Under the pieces are notes generated by a model. It did no database searches. It had not been told where the DNA came from and was given only the letters and a program-made list of their open reading frames with translations. Shown here piece after piece: positions 28,423 through 38,354 of a stretch of 64,000 nt of DNA (the stretch's first letter is position 1; each line of letters begins with the position of its first letter). The stretch comes from Candidatus Multivorans sp. (GTDB lineage: Bacteria; Acidobacteriota; Thermoanaerobaculia; Multivoradales; Multivoraceae), in NCBI GenBank assembly GCA_965222875.1, contig CBDCVC010000001.1:117264-181263 (forward strand). The letters run 5' to 3'. The position numbers and the translations under genes are program-made.

Positions 28423-31267
28423 TTGTCCGTACCCAGTGGTGGAAGGTTTCGCGGAGTTGGTTGACGGCGAGTTCTTCCAGGCTCAGCAGGATCAGGGCGT
28501 CGACGCCGCGGGGCACGCCGCCGCGCCGCACGGTCCAGCGGGCCGTCTCGGCGGGTCCCGGCAGGCGGCATTGGGTGAGCACCCGCAGCGCCCGCTCGAT
28601 CATCGGATGGGCCAAGTGGAGCAGAGCGACTTCGGGCCGTGGTGAGAACACCGCGCGGCCGCCCACCTGGCGCAGCAGGGAGTCAGGATCGAAGGCAAGA
28701 GACCGGATCCCGCCCTGAACGCCGTCGGTACGTTGCTGTCGCACGGACTCGTCGACTGTGTTGCGCCAGCCCGGGAGGTCGGGACGGAGGAGGCGCCAGA
28801 CGTCGTCTCCGGCTGGAGCAGAGCGGAGTTGCGGCCGGCCGCCGCCGTTCGCGGCCATGGCCGCTTCGAGCGTGAGCCGGAGCGCGGCGGCATCGAAGTC
28901 GATCTCGGTGGCCAGCGCGGCCAGACGCTTGGCCGGGTCCGCGTCGGCGAGGGCCCGGCCGCCGCGAACACGTAGCAGCTCCGCGTCGCCGAGTTCCTCC
29001 TGCGGGGCGGATCCGGGCAGGATGCCCGCGCTCCCGGGAGCGGCGCCGGACAGGCCCGGGATTCCCTGGCTTCGCAGCCGGTCGACTTGCTGCGTGAGCC
29101 CGTGGGTCAGGTCGAACTGGACTCTCGCCAGGTCCTCGCCCTTGATCAGCCGGCGGTGAGCGGCGACATCGAAGAGCTCGTTCACCGATCCAAGGTCTTC
29201 CCGGATCTCGTTCGCCTTGCGGATGACGTGGTCGAGGAACTTGAGATCCGGGTCGTCGTCGCTCAGGAAGTGGTGCACGGTCACGTCGCGAGCCTGGCCG
29301 TAGCGGTCGAGGCGGCCGTTTCGTTGCTCCAGGCGCGAGGGGTTCCACGGGCAGTCGTAGTGCAGCAGGTAGCGGGCGCTGCGATGCAGGTTCAGGCCTT
29401 CGGAGGCGGCGTCGGTGGCGATCAGGATGCGCACCTCGGAGTCCGGGTCGTTGAAGGCCTCCCGGACCCGGTTGCGGTCGGTGTCGTCCATGCCGCCGGC
29501 GCCGCCGGACCCGAAGAGAGTCAGCACGCGGGAGTCGTAGCGCTCTCGCAGTCGTCGTTCGAGGTAGTCGAGGGTCGTCTTGTACTCGGTGAAGACGACG
29601 AGGCGTTCGTCGTCCCTGAACGCAGGCGTCGCGTCGCTGCGGGCCGGAACGAGCAGAAGCTCCTCGATCAGGTCCGACAGGGCGTCGAAGCGTGCGTCGA
29701 CCTTGGGGGTCTGCTCGATTGTCGGCAGACCGTCCGAGGTGAAGCCGAGGGCTTCGAGGGCGTTGTCGATGGCCGTCATCTCGCCGGCCACCGAGTCCGC
29801 GACGTTGAGCAGCCAGGCGCCGACGACGCCGGCAGCCGTGCCCGTGCGCTCCTCGGTTTCCCGGTCGTCCGAGGTTTCGCGCTGGACCGAGCGTTGCGCC
29901 GCCGTCACGTCGGCGTCGGTGGCGGCTCGCGCGGCCTGCTCGGCTCGGGCGTAGCCGTCTCGGGCGCGGTACCAGGAGTCGGCGAAGGCGGTCGGGCAGG
30001 ACAGGAGGCGCTTGCCCAGGATCTCGATCGCGAAGGTCCCGGCCCGCTCGCGGGCCTGACCAGCCGCGATGGCGCCGTGCACGGCCTTGCGGAAGGCGTG
30101 AAAGGCCTCGGACAGGGCTTGCTCGCGCCGGCTGCGGTGGAGCAGGACGGGCTTGGGTGGTTTGCGTGTGCAGAACCTGGGCGCGGCGGACGCGCGGTTC
30201 AGGTCGCGTTTCAGGCGGCGGACCACCAACTGGCCGATGCGGTCCCGCGCGCGGTCGGTCAGTTCGTCGGTCTGGCTGACGCGCACCGGGTCGAGGATCT
30301 CCAGCAGACCGGTGAAGGAGCGGGTGTGGCCGTTGTGCGGCGTGGCGGAGAGGAACAGGCGGTGTTCGAAGCACGGAGCGATCTGGCGCAGCATCTGACA
30401 CAGCTCGCTGTCGTCGCCGAAGGGCGAGGGCATCAGGTTGTGGCATTCGTCGACGATCAGGAGGTCCCAGGCAAGCCGGGGCGACCCGTCGTGCGTCTGG
30501 CTGGCGGCAAGGAACTGCTCCTGGATGTCCGGCTGGCGAAGGTAGTGGTAGGAGGCGACGATGCGGCTGAACGAGCGCCAGGGGTTTGCGTCGATGCCGA
30601 GTTCGCGGCGCAGGCGCTCAGTGCGCTCGCGGTCGACCACCTCGAATGGCAGGGCGAACTTGGACTCGAGTTCGTCGCGCCACTGCAGGCGCAGGGCCGC
30701 TGGCACGAGGACGAGCACCCGGCGGATGCGCCGGCGCAGCAGGAGTTCCTTGAGGATCAGCCCTGCCTCGACGGTCTTGCCCAGGCCGACATCGTCGGCG
30801 ATGAGCAGGTTCACCCGCGGCATCTGCAGCGCGCGCAGCAGGGGGACGAGCTGGTAGTCCTCTACCCGGATGCCGCTGTGCAGCGGACTCGACACCGGCT
30901 GACGGTCGAGCGGGCCGGTGCCGTCCGGATCGAGGTACGGCATGAGCGCCGTCCAGCGGGCGGCGCGCAGCAGGGCGTCAAAGTCCTCGGCCGGCATCGG
31001 ACAGGTGTCGTGGACCCGGGGCAGCCGGTTCGGCTCGAGGAGTTCGCGCCCTGGTTCGAGCTCCCAGAGGAGGCGCTCGCTGTGCGGCGAGTCGTGGTCC
31101 TTGTACTCGACCTGCACCAGGTGCAGGACGCCGGTTTCGTTGTCGTCGTATGGTGCGACGCTGGCGACGATGCCGCGGCGGTTGCGGACCCGGGCGAGCA
31201 TGCCGACGCGGGGGATGGATGGCGGTGCTGGTGGCTGCATGACGGGTCTTGTCGCTACTGGTTCCAC
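28370..31267 (-). pseudogene. DISARM DrmD-like SNF2 helicase, 3' end lost
   Basis: GMLARVRNRRGIV N-terminus, IADDVGLGKT, VDECHN, LSATPHNG, TDAASEGLNL, WNPSRLEQRNGRLDR; frame continues through antisense vapBC to 27851. Confidence 0.78.
29014..29038 (-). repeat. REP-like palindrome inside the SNF2 coding sequence
   Basis: CGGGCAGGATGCCCGCGCTCCCGGG, translated as PGSAGILP; same family as 3850 and 38303. Confidence 0.55.
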
Positions 31268-31307
31268 GGTAGCGACTCAGGACCGGCCTGAGGCAGGCAG
31301 CCGCCGG

Positions 31308-34031
31308 TCAACTGTGAACCGCCTGCCTGCCGGCGTCCGCGGCGCGATGAACAGCCTCGATGATGCCGCTTTGGCCGCCGCTCCAGCAGAAACGCCACTG
31401 AATGTCGCGTCGGCCACACTCAGCGCGCACACTCCTCCCCAGTTGGGTTCGTATGAACCGGAGGATGACTAGTGCGTTGCAGCCGGCGTCCAACTTGCGC
31501 TTGACCTCCGCGAGGTGCTTGTTCCAGTTCGATGTCCATCCGGAATGGACGAACTCCAGGCTGACGGATGGGTCCTCTTGCCTTAGCTTCTGAACCACCC
31601 GTTCGGCGTCCCGGGACTGAATCTCGTTCCCGCCAACGACAAGGACCGTGACAGGCCCGGCCGCCGTTGATTCCGCTTGGCCCTCGGGCGCCAAGGGTTG
31701 CTGTTCGGCACGGATGGCTTTGTGGCGACGTTCCAAGTCGAGGGACCATCTCTCTGACAAGCCGTAGCCACGGATCCGCCCCAGGATTCCTGCGGCCGAG
31801 TCCAAGGCTTCGCGGTCACCGCTTTCGGCCTGCGTTGCGTAGCGATGGAAGAGATCCGTTAGTCCTGAAGCGGCCTCTTCGTAGTCGCCCCGGCTCGCCA
31901 GAACGTGTGCGGCGGCCACTGCGGCCTCTTCGGGTAGCCAAGGTAGCCGTCCGCAGTCCTCCGTCGCTAGGAGTGCGAGAAACTCATGGACTCCAGTGCC
32001 TTCCAGAGCGAGCTCCTCGAGGCGGTCGAGGGTCACCTCAGCATTCTCTTCCTCACCTACCGAAAGTTGGCATTCGAGCGCGGCCCGGTAGTCGGCAGCC
32101 TCTTCCTCTCTGCCCCGAGTAGGTCTCTTCGCCCGCGCCAAGAACTTCTTCGCCAGTGGTTTCAGGAGGGCAGGTTCCCTGGTTCCCCCAACCAATGTGT
32201 CGAGAAGGTGGTCGTCAGCCTCCTCCAGGAGGGCGAGCATGACCGGTTCGCTGCTCTTGCTAGGCGTGATGCTGAGATGTTCGCATACCTTCTCAACAAA
32301 GTACCGCGGGATTCTGGCACCCTCCTTGAGGCTGTCCGTGAGCAAATCCGCGGCGTGAACCAGTCGCTCGTCTGTCGTCGCCGCCAGGAGCTTGGCGACG
32401 CCCTCGTAAAGGCTGAGGCGGGCGAAGAACTCGGGGGGGTACGCGTCGGGCGAGAATCGGGCAGGGCTCCGTTGGAGAAGCCCTCGGGCTCTCCCGAAGT
32501 GACGGTCGGCGGCCTCATGATTGCCGGCAACCAACTCGAGGACACCAAGACAGTAGCGGCCGGGGCCGTGAACTCCGTCTTCGTTTGCTGACTCGAAGCG
32601 ACGCTTGCTGGCCCGCAGACGGTTGGCGAAGGAGTCCAGTTCGCTGGAATCGTGCGGCAGTTGAACGTCTGTTAGGGAGCGAAAAGCGCCCTCCACCAGG
32701 CCGAGGTCCGTTTCCAGGGCTGCCTTTCGGCCGTGGCGACCGTCTGCCGAACGAACGGCAATCTGTAGCCGGCGACGCGCCGCGTCGAACTCGCCAAGCT
32801 GCTGCAGACAACGCGCCGCACACTGATCAACCGCGAGGAACAAGTGGAAGTTCCTGGGCATGCCTTCAGATCTCCGAAGGAGTGAGCGCGACTGATCGAG
32901 AAGATCGCACAGTGGCCGAACACGTGAGGCGGCAACGCCGTCTCGCAGGAGAGCGGCGACCTTGCCCAGGACAAGACGGTACAACTCCAGGGTCACGCCC
33001 TGCGGTTGCAGGAAGACAGGAATATCTGGCCACCGTTCCTGCTGCTCGAGTGCGGCCACGATCTCGCGGGCGGCGACGGGTGACGGCGGGTTCCCACCGT
33101 CTCCCAGCTCCTTCACCGGGGACATTTCGTCGTAGACGCGGACGATCTCCTCAGAGGACCTGATTCGAGCGAGCCCTTGGATCGCTCCGTTCCAGTACCA
33201 GCGAAGTCGGGTAGCGTTCTCGGCAGGGATCTCCTCACCCAAGGGACGACCAAAGAGAGCGTCCCTGAAGCCTGCGTGGAAGTAGGAACGATGACGGCGG
33301 CCATTGAGTTGAATCAGTTCGCCGACTGCGTCGTCGATTGCATCCTCGGGCTCAGCTCCCAGAACCTCCTGTTTCGCATCCACGGCCGCCAGGATCAGGA
33401 GACGGTCAAGGGTGGTGAAGTCCTCCTGGCGATCGGGTTCCTGGACGATGTCTGGCGTTTCACTCTCGCCGGCGTCCTCTTCCGGCGCCTCCGCGGGCGC
33501 TTCGGATTCTGGGTCCTCCGGCGGGGCCTCGAAGTCAGCGAACCAGCCACGCAGGGCTCTCTCTAGCGGACGGTCGGACAGGCTGACTGTCCGGAGATAG
33601 ACGCCCGCGTCCCTCTCCCCGAACCGGTCGACGAGGTGGGTGGCCGTTTTGCGCGCTGCTTCGTCGGAAACTCCGCCGTCCTCGTTCCGAGCGATGCGCT
33701 CTTCGAACTCGCGATGCACTTCCGGGTAGGCGCCTTCACCAAGTGCGCGAAGCAGGCGGTTGGCCAGCGCGGCGTCGGCGAGCATGGGTGGGCGCACCTC
33801 ATTGGCGACCTTCTGGTCGGTCCACTTCTCGACCGTCTTGGGCCGGAAGTTCTTTGCTCTGGAAACGGTCCGGATCAGAGCCGCGCGATGGGCAGTCTCG
33901 TCCGATGCGAGAGCCACGCTTGCAGCTCTTGCGCGCTCGTCGCTCGTTAGAGCCCGCCAGAGCCTGAGAGGGGTCAGGCGCTCTGTTGGTCGAAGCAGTG
34001 GACCGATCGTGTCCGGGGGCTCGGTTGGCAT
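31308..34031 (-). CDS. Large helical/TPR-like protein with C-terminal DUF2325-like domain
   Basis: 907-aa ORF of helical repeats; C-terminal VLVVGGNE...LVILRFIRTQLGRSVRAEC Rossmann-like module; ends 40 bp before the SNF2 start. Confidence 0.6.
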   Translation of the reverse strand: MPTEPPDTIGPLLRPTERLTPLRLWRALTSDERARAASVALASDETAHRAALIRTVSRAKNFRPKTVEKWTDQKVANEVRPPMLADAALANRLLRALGEGAYPEVHREFEERIARNEDGGVSDEAARKTATHLVDRFGERDAGVYLRTVSLSDRPLERALRGWFADFEAPPEDPESEAPAEAPEEDAGESETPDIVQEPDRQEDFTTLDRLLILAAVDAKQEVLGAEPEDAIDDAVGELIQLNGRRHRSYFHAGFRDALFGRPLGEEIPAENATRLRWYWNGAIQGLARIRSSEEIVRVYDEMSPVKELGDGGNPPSPVAAREIVAALEQQERWPDIPVFLQPQGVTLELYRLVLGKVAALLRDGVAASRVRPLCDLLDQSRSLLRRSEGMPRNFHLFLAVDQCAARCLQQLGEFDAARRRLQIAVRSADGRHGRKAALETDLGLVEGAFRSLTDVQLPHDSSELDSFANRLRASKRRFESANEDGVHGPGRYCLGVLELVAGNHEAADRHFGRARGLLQRSPARFSPDAYPPEFFARLSLYEGVAKLLAATTDERLVHAADLLTDSLKEGARIPRYFVEKVCEHLSITPSKSSEPVMLALLEEADDHLLDTLVGGTREPALLKPLAKKFLARAKRPTRGREEEAADYRAALECQLSVGEEENAEVTLDRLEELALEGTGVHEFLALLATEDCGRLPWLPEEAAVAAAHVLASRGDYEEAASGLTDLFHRYATQAESGDREALDSAAGILGRIRGYGLSERWSLDLERRHKAIRAEQQPLAPEGQAESTAAGPVTVLVVGGNEIQSRDAERVVQKLRQEDPSVSLEFVHSGWTSNWNKHLAEVKRKLDAGCNALVILRFIRTQLGRSVRAECGRRDIQWRFCWSGGQSGIIEAVHRAADAGRQAVHS

Positions 34032-34053
34032 TCTGTGTTTCTCACGAGTTGGA

Positions 34054-34314
34054 CTACGGAAGAGGTTCGATTCTTCCCGGTGGCTGCAGCTGCTTCGCTT
34101 TCTTCCAGGCCTCTCGAAGTTCCACTTGGTGCAACAGCGCCCATTCGCGCACGAGGCTCTGTGCGCGAGATGGCAGGTTTCCGTGGATCACGGCCAGGGT
34201 CTCGATCGCCACGACGGCCTCGTCTCCGCCGTAGCTGGCGTGAAAGTGAGGCGGCGCGTGGTCGTCGAAGTACAGCCGGATAATGATCCCGTAGAAGCGA
34301 CAAAGCTCAGGCAT
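34054..34314 (-). CDS. DUF4160 family protein (putative toxin)
   Basis: MPELCRFYGIIIRLYFDDHAPPHFHA...EWALLHQVELREAW. Confidence 0.9.
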   Translation of the reverse strand: MPELCRFYGIIIRLYFDDHAPPHFHASYGGDEAVVAIETLAVIHGNLPSRAQSLVREWALLHQVELREAWKKAKQLQPPGRIEPLP

Positions 34315-34591
34315 CGTGCATGCGATGAGCGGCTCCAGGCATCAGGTCGTCCACGGCTTTGCCGGTGACTTGGAGGTAGAGCGCGTCGGGGCAGAGTTCC
34401 ACGTCATCCCCCCACACGACAGAGCCGTGCTCGGCTACACGAACCGCTTCGAAGGCGTCCGCGTTATCCCAGCAACGGAAGACTCCCCTGCCGGCAAGGC
34501 GGGAAAGGTCGACGACGCCCTCCGCGCCGTCGGAGAAGCGGAGCCAGAGCGTGAATCCGTTGCGCGGTTTGACTTCAGTTGGTCGAGTCAT
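34307..34591 (-). CDS. DUF2442 family protein (putative antitoxin)
   Basis: LWLRFSDGAEGVVDL...F..V......VVWGDDVELCPDALY. Confidence 0.9.
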   Translation of the reverse strand: MTRPTEVKPRNGFTLWLRFSDGAEGVVDLSRLAGRGVFRCWDNADAFEAVRVAEHGSVVWGDDVELCPDALYLQVTGKAVDDLMPGAAHRMHDA

Positions 34592-34637
34592 CGGTCGATC
34601 CGTCGCGATCCTATCCCGCATGTTCCGGCCGTCCGAC

Positions 34638-34715
34638 TCCGAGATTTCCGGCGTTCGGATCCGAGATTTCCCCTATCTCGTCTCCGAGATATCGACCGCC
34701 CGACTCCGAGATTTC
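34638..34715. repeat. Four direct repeats TCCGAGAT(T/A)TC with 22-23 bp period
   Basis: Copies start at 34638, 34660, 34683 and 34705. Confidence 0.8.
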
Positions 34716-36876
34716 AGGTCTCCACGGTCCTCCGACGGAACACGGCCGCTCCGACGACGAGCACCGCAGCCGCCGCGTACGGCAGCGCCAGCAGCCGAAG
34801 CGCAACCGGCACGTGAGCGAGGGAGTGCGCGAAGAAGACGGCGTACCAGGCCGGGACAGCCCACCCGGCGGCGAGGATGCCGGCCCAGCGCCAGGGGTCT
34901 TCGAGGGACCACCAGTGGCGGAGGACGTAGAGGGTGCCGGCGATCAGCGTGGCTGCCGTGACGACGATCAGGACGAGGGCCAGGACCCGTGAGCCGAGGC
35001 CGACGGTGCCGAGGTGGTCTCCGGCCCGATCGAGGAATCGTTCGATGGTGGGCCGGCTGGAGTAGAAGTGGTCGATGTCGGGGTGGATCGAGCTGCGGGG
35101 ATCGCCGTAGAGGCGGAAGGCGAGTTGGTCCCAGAACTTGAACAGCACGGGCTCGCGGAACACGAGTTCGGCGAGGAGGACCCGGAGCAGGAAGACGGCG
35201 GAGAGGCAGGCGATGTAGGCGCCGGCGCAGCGGATCAGCAATTGGCGGCGCCAGGTCCGCGGTTCGCCGAGGGAGTTGGTCAGTTCGGCGGACTGTCCCG
35301 TGGCCGGTGGAGGTGCGACGGCCAGCACCAGCAGCAGGACGACGAGTCCGATCAGGGCGCTGCCGAACAGGAGTTCGTGGTAGGCGATCAGCGCGCCGAA
35401 GGCGGCAAAGAGGACGACCTGGATGCTCGGCCGCCAGTGTGCGATACGGCGTCTCGGCACCGCGAGAAGCATGACGAACGTCAGCACGTTCGAGGCGCCG
35501 GTGGTGAAGCTGCCGGCTCGGTCGTCGAGGTCGAGGAAGAGCAGGAGGCTGGCGATGAGCGCGGCGAGCGCGACGGCCTGGAAGAGGGTCTGGCGTCTCA
35601 CCAACGGGTTCGGCGTCACACGTGGATCCGGCGGCAGGCCGAGCCTTCGCCTGAGGCTGGCTGGAAACCGGCGGGCCCGAGCCGGGGGCAGAGTCGCGAT
35701 GGCCGTCGCGAAGATCGTCGCCCCGACTAGCCCGAGGCCCAGCAGGCCGAAGGTCAGCACGCGGAGCAGATTCCGCAGCCCGTCGACGCCGATGCGCGGC
35801 AGCAGCCACTGCAGCATGACGCGCTGGCCGGCCCAGTACTGGTGGTAGAAGACGGTCAGGAAGTCCGAGTCGTCGACGGCGCCCTGGTCGAGACGCTGTT
35901 CGAGCGCGTCGCACGGTCGCTGCGGGCGCGTGTAGCGGTAGACGCGGCGCGGGGAGACGGTCCGTTCCCAGGTCGAACCGCCCCGGTCGAGCGCCATCAG
36001 ACTGAGCAGGCAGTCGTTGAAGCGCTCGGCCGAGTCTTCGAGGGTGCGCTCCGGGTGCGCGTAGGACGCGCGCAGCGCGTCGGCAACGGGTTCGGGGTCG
36101 GCGCGGACGGCGAGCCAGTTGAGGGCGAGAAAGAGGACGGTGGCGGCGAGCGTCACGGCGCCGACGAGGGCGGCGGCCCGGAGGGCGCCACCGGGGTTCC
36201 CAGGCGCCGTAGACGAGAACAGGAGCGTGCGCAGGATGCGGAAACCGTCGCGGAACGCCTTGAGTTTGCTCGCCGAGCCCTCTGGCCGGGCGAAGTAGGG
36301 GCACGGGGTCTCGTCCCAGGCGAGGTCTGAGGACGCGGCGAAGAGCGTCAGCTCGGTCTCGATCTCGAAGCCGTCGGAGCGGGCCGGGAAGCGTTCGACG
36401 AATCGACGCGAGAAGACCCGGTAGCCGGACAGGAGGTCGTGGACGCGGGGGCCGCAGCGCCAGCGGGCGAGGGCGCTGAACAGCCGGTTGCCCAGGCGGC
36501 GCAGCGGCGTGTAGGCGTGCGCGTCGGCGCGTTTGCGGGCGGCCACGAGCATGTCGAGGTCGCGCTCCTGGAGAGTCGAAACGAGGTGCCCGGCGCTGTC
36601 CGCGTCGTAGGTGCCGTCGCCGTCGGACATCAGGTAGATGTCGGCGTCCACCTCGCGGAACAGGCGGCGGATGGCCCGGCCCTTGCCGCGCCGGGGCTCG
36701 GCGATGACGGTGGCGCCCGCTGCTGCAGCGACATCGGCGGTACCGTCGTCGGACCCGTTGTCGCAGACGTAGACGGCCGCGGCGGGAAGAGCGCGCTGGA
36801 ACGCCGCGACGACATCGGCGATCGTTGCCTGCTCGTTGAGGCAGGGGAGAAGGACGGCGATGCGCGCGCTGGTCAG
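34714..36876 (-). CDS. GT2 glycosyltransferase fused to a multi-TM membrane domain
   Basis: AVLLPCLNE, DNGSDDGT, GKGRA, DGDGTY, DLLSGYR, FEIETE, then many hydrophobic helices; start codon uncertain. Confidence 0.8.
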   Translation of the reverse strand: MTSARIAVLLPCLNEQATIADVVAAFQRALPAAAVYVCDNGSDDGTADVAAAAGATVIAEPRRGKGRAIRRLFREVDADIYLMSDGDGTYDADSAGHLVSTLQERDLDMLVAARKRADAHAYTPLRRLGNRLFSALARWRCGPRVHDLLSGYRVFSRRFVERFPARSDGFEIETELTLFAASSDLAWDETPCPYFARPEGSASKLKAFRDGFRILRTLLFSSTAPGNPGGALRAAALVGAVTLAATVLFLALNWLAVRADPEPVADALRASYAHPERTLEDSAERFNDCLLSLMALDRGGSTWERTVSPRRVYRYTRPQRPCDALEQRLDQGAVDDSDFLTVFYHQYWAGQRVMLQWLLPRIGVDGLRNLLRVLTFGLLGLGLVGATIFATAIATLPPARARRFPASLRRRLGLPPDPRVTPNPLVRRQTLFQAVALAALIASLLLFLDLDDRAGSFTTGASNVLTFVMLLAVPRRRIAHWRPSIQVVLFAAFGALIAYHELLFGSALIGLVVLLLVLAVAPPPATGQSAELTNSLGEPRTWRRQLLIRCAGAYIACLSAVFLLRVLLAELVFREPVLFKFWDQLAFRLYGDPRSSIHPDIDHFYSSRPTIERFLDRAGDHLGTVGLGSRVLALVLIVVTAATLIAGTLYVLRHWWSLEDPWRWAGILAAGWAVPAWYAVFFAHSLAHVPVALRLLALPYAAAAVLVVGAAVFRRRTVET

Positions 36877-38246
36877 GGTGCGTCGCCGCCGGTCGAATCG
36901 GTCTCGCCGCCGGCCGGACCGAGCGCGAACAGGTGCTCGCGTCCGCGGACGTAGAGCCGGTCGCCGACGATTGCCGGGGTCGCCCAGACCGACTCGCCGA
37001 GCGAGAAGCTGCCGAGGACCTCGTGCTCTCGGCCGGCGCGCATGATCGCGGCGTCGCCGTCCGTGTTGACCATCAGGATCCGGCCGCCGCCGCCGACCAT
37101 GGAGGCGGAGTAGCGGCCGCGGATCGGCAGCCGGCCGCCCTCGTAGACCACTTCGCCGGTGCGCGCGTCGAGGCATGTGATCACGCCGCCGTCGTTGGTC
37201 AGGTAGAGCAGTCCGTCGTAGAGCAGGTTCGAGGGCACGTAGCCGGTGCCCTTGCGGTAGGTCCAGACGCGCGCGTCTCTGCCGGTCAGATCGCCGCGGC
37301 TGTCGAGGGGAATGGCGAAGACGACCTTGCCCGGGTAGCCCGAAGTGAACACGGCCAGGTCGCCGACGGTCATCGGCGTGTGGATCGCGTTGTTCTGGAG
37401 CCCCTTGGCGCGCCAGAGCTCGCGGCCGTCGGCGGGGTTGTAGGAGATGACGTACTCGTATCCGGTCGTCAGCAACTGCTTCTGGCCGTCGTGTTCGACC
37501 AGGACCGGCGTTGCCCAGCTCGCCTGAACGGGCCGCTTCCGCTTCCAGACCTCCTCGCCGGTAGCGGCGTCCAGCGCGACGATGAAGGAGTCGTCGCCGC
37601 TGTCCTCGTCGGCCAGGATGATCAGCAGGCCGCCTGTGAGCACCGGCGAGGTGCCGACGCCGAGGCCGACGGTCTTGATGTCGCCGATGTCGCGCTCCCA
37701 CACCGGCTCGCCGTCCCTCGTGTAGGCGTAGACGCCCTCGGAGCCGAAGTAGGCGTAGACCCGCTCGCCGTCGGTGACCGGGGTGGGCGAAGCGTAGGAC
37801 GACTCGGAGTGGCGGTCGTCGTAGACCCGGCCTTCGTAGGCCGTACGCGTCCACAGGATCTTCCCCGAGTCGGCGTCGAGCCCGATCACCTTCATCGTGT
37901 GGTGGCGGTTTCCGTCGGTGGCTTGCGGGTGGCGGAAGGGCTGTCCGCCGAAGGTGTGCTCGGGAGGGCCGGCGCCGGGAATCGGCTCGCCGACGATCGC
38001 CGTGGTCAGGAACACGCGGCCGTCCGCGATGACCGGCGACGAGTGGCCGCGGCCTTCCACCTTCGTCTTCCAGAGCAGGTTACGGTCGAGCGTGAGGTCG
38101 GCGGCCGGGCCGGGGCCGGAACGGGCGATGCCGCTGCCGTCGGCGCCGCGGAAGCCGGGCCAGTCGTTGGGGTCGCTGGCCGCGGCAGAAATCGCGGGCG
38201 CTGCTGCAAAGGTCGCGGCGAGGAGATAGTGGAGGCTTTTCGACAC
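36873..38246 (-). CDS. Secreted PQQ-binding-like beta-propeller protein
   Basis: Signal peptide, WPGFRG, repeated SSPV/TPV...ALDA.TG..W motifs. Confidence 0.88.
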   Translation of the reverse strand: MSKSLHYLLAATFAAAPAISAAASDPNDWPGFRGADGSGIARSGPGPAADLTLDRNLLWKTKVEGRGHSSPVIADGRVFLTTAIVGEPIPGAGPPEHTFGGQPFRHPQATDGNRHHTMKVIGLDADSGKILWTRTAYEGRVYDDRHSESSYASPTPVTDGERVYAYFGSEGVYAYTRDGEPVWERDIGDIKTVGLGVGTSPVLTGGLLIILADEDSGDDSFIVALDAATGEEVWKRKRPVQASWATPVLVEHDGQKQLLTTGYEYVISYNPADGRELWRAKGLQNNAIHTPMTVGDLAVFTSGYPGKVVFAIPLDSRGDLTGRDARVWTYRKGTGYVPSNLLYDGLLYLTNDGGVITCLDARTGEVVYEGGRLPIRGRYSASMVGGGGRILMVNTDGDAAIMRAGREHEVLGSFSLGESVWATPAIVGDRLYVRGREHLFALGPAGGETDSTGGDAP

Positions 38247-38302
38247 AGGTTCTCCTGAACGGGATTAGCTCGGGCTCGCCGCTTCGCGGCATCGCGCCTG
38301 GT

Positions 38303-38328
38303 GCCGGCGGGGACGCCGGCGCACCCAG
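38303..38328 (-). repeat. REP-like palindrome
   Basis: GCCGGCGGGGACGCCGGCGCACCCAG, intergenic, same family as 3850. Confidence 0.5.
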
Positions 38329-38354
38329 TGGCGGAGGCGTTTCGTTCGTGAATG

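Noticed and set aside
34638-34715. Possible mini CRISPR array
   Set aside because: Repeats of 11 bp and spacers of 11-12 bp are far too short, and no cas genes are present
34714-37854. 1046-aa ORF as a single protein
   Set aside because: The first ~326 codons are an off-frame overlap with the beta-propeller gene
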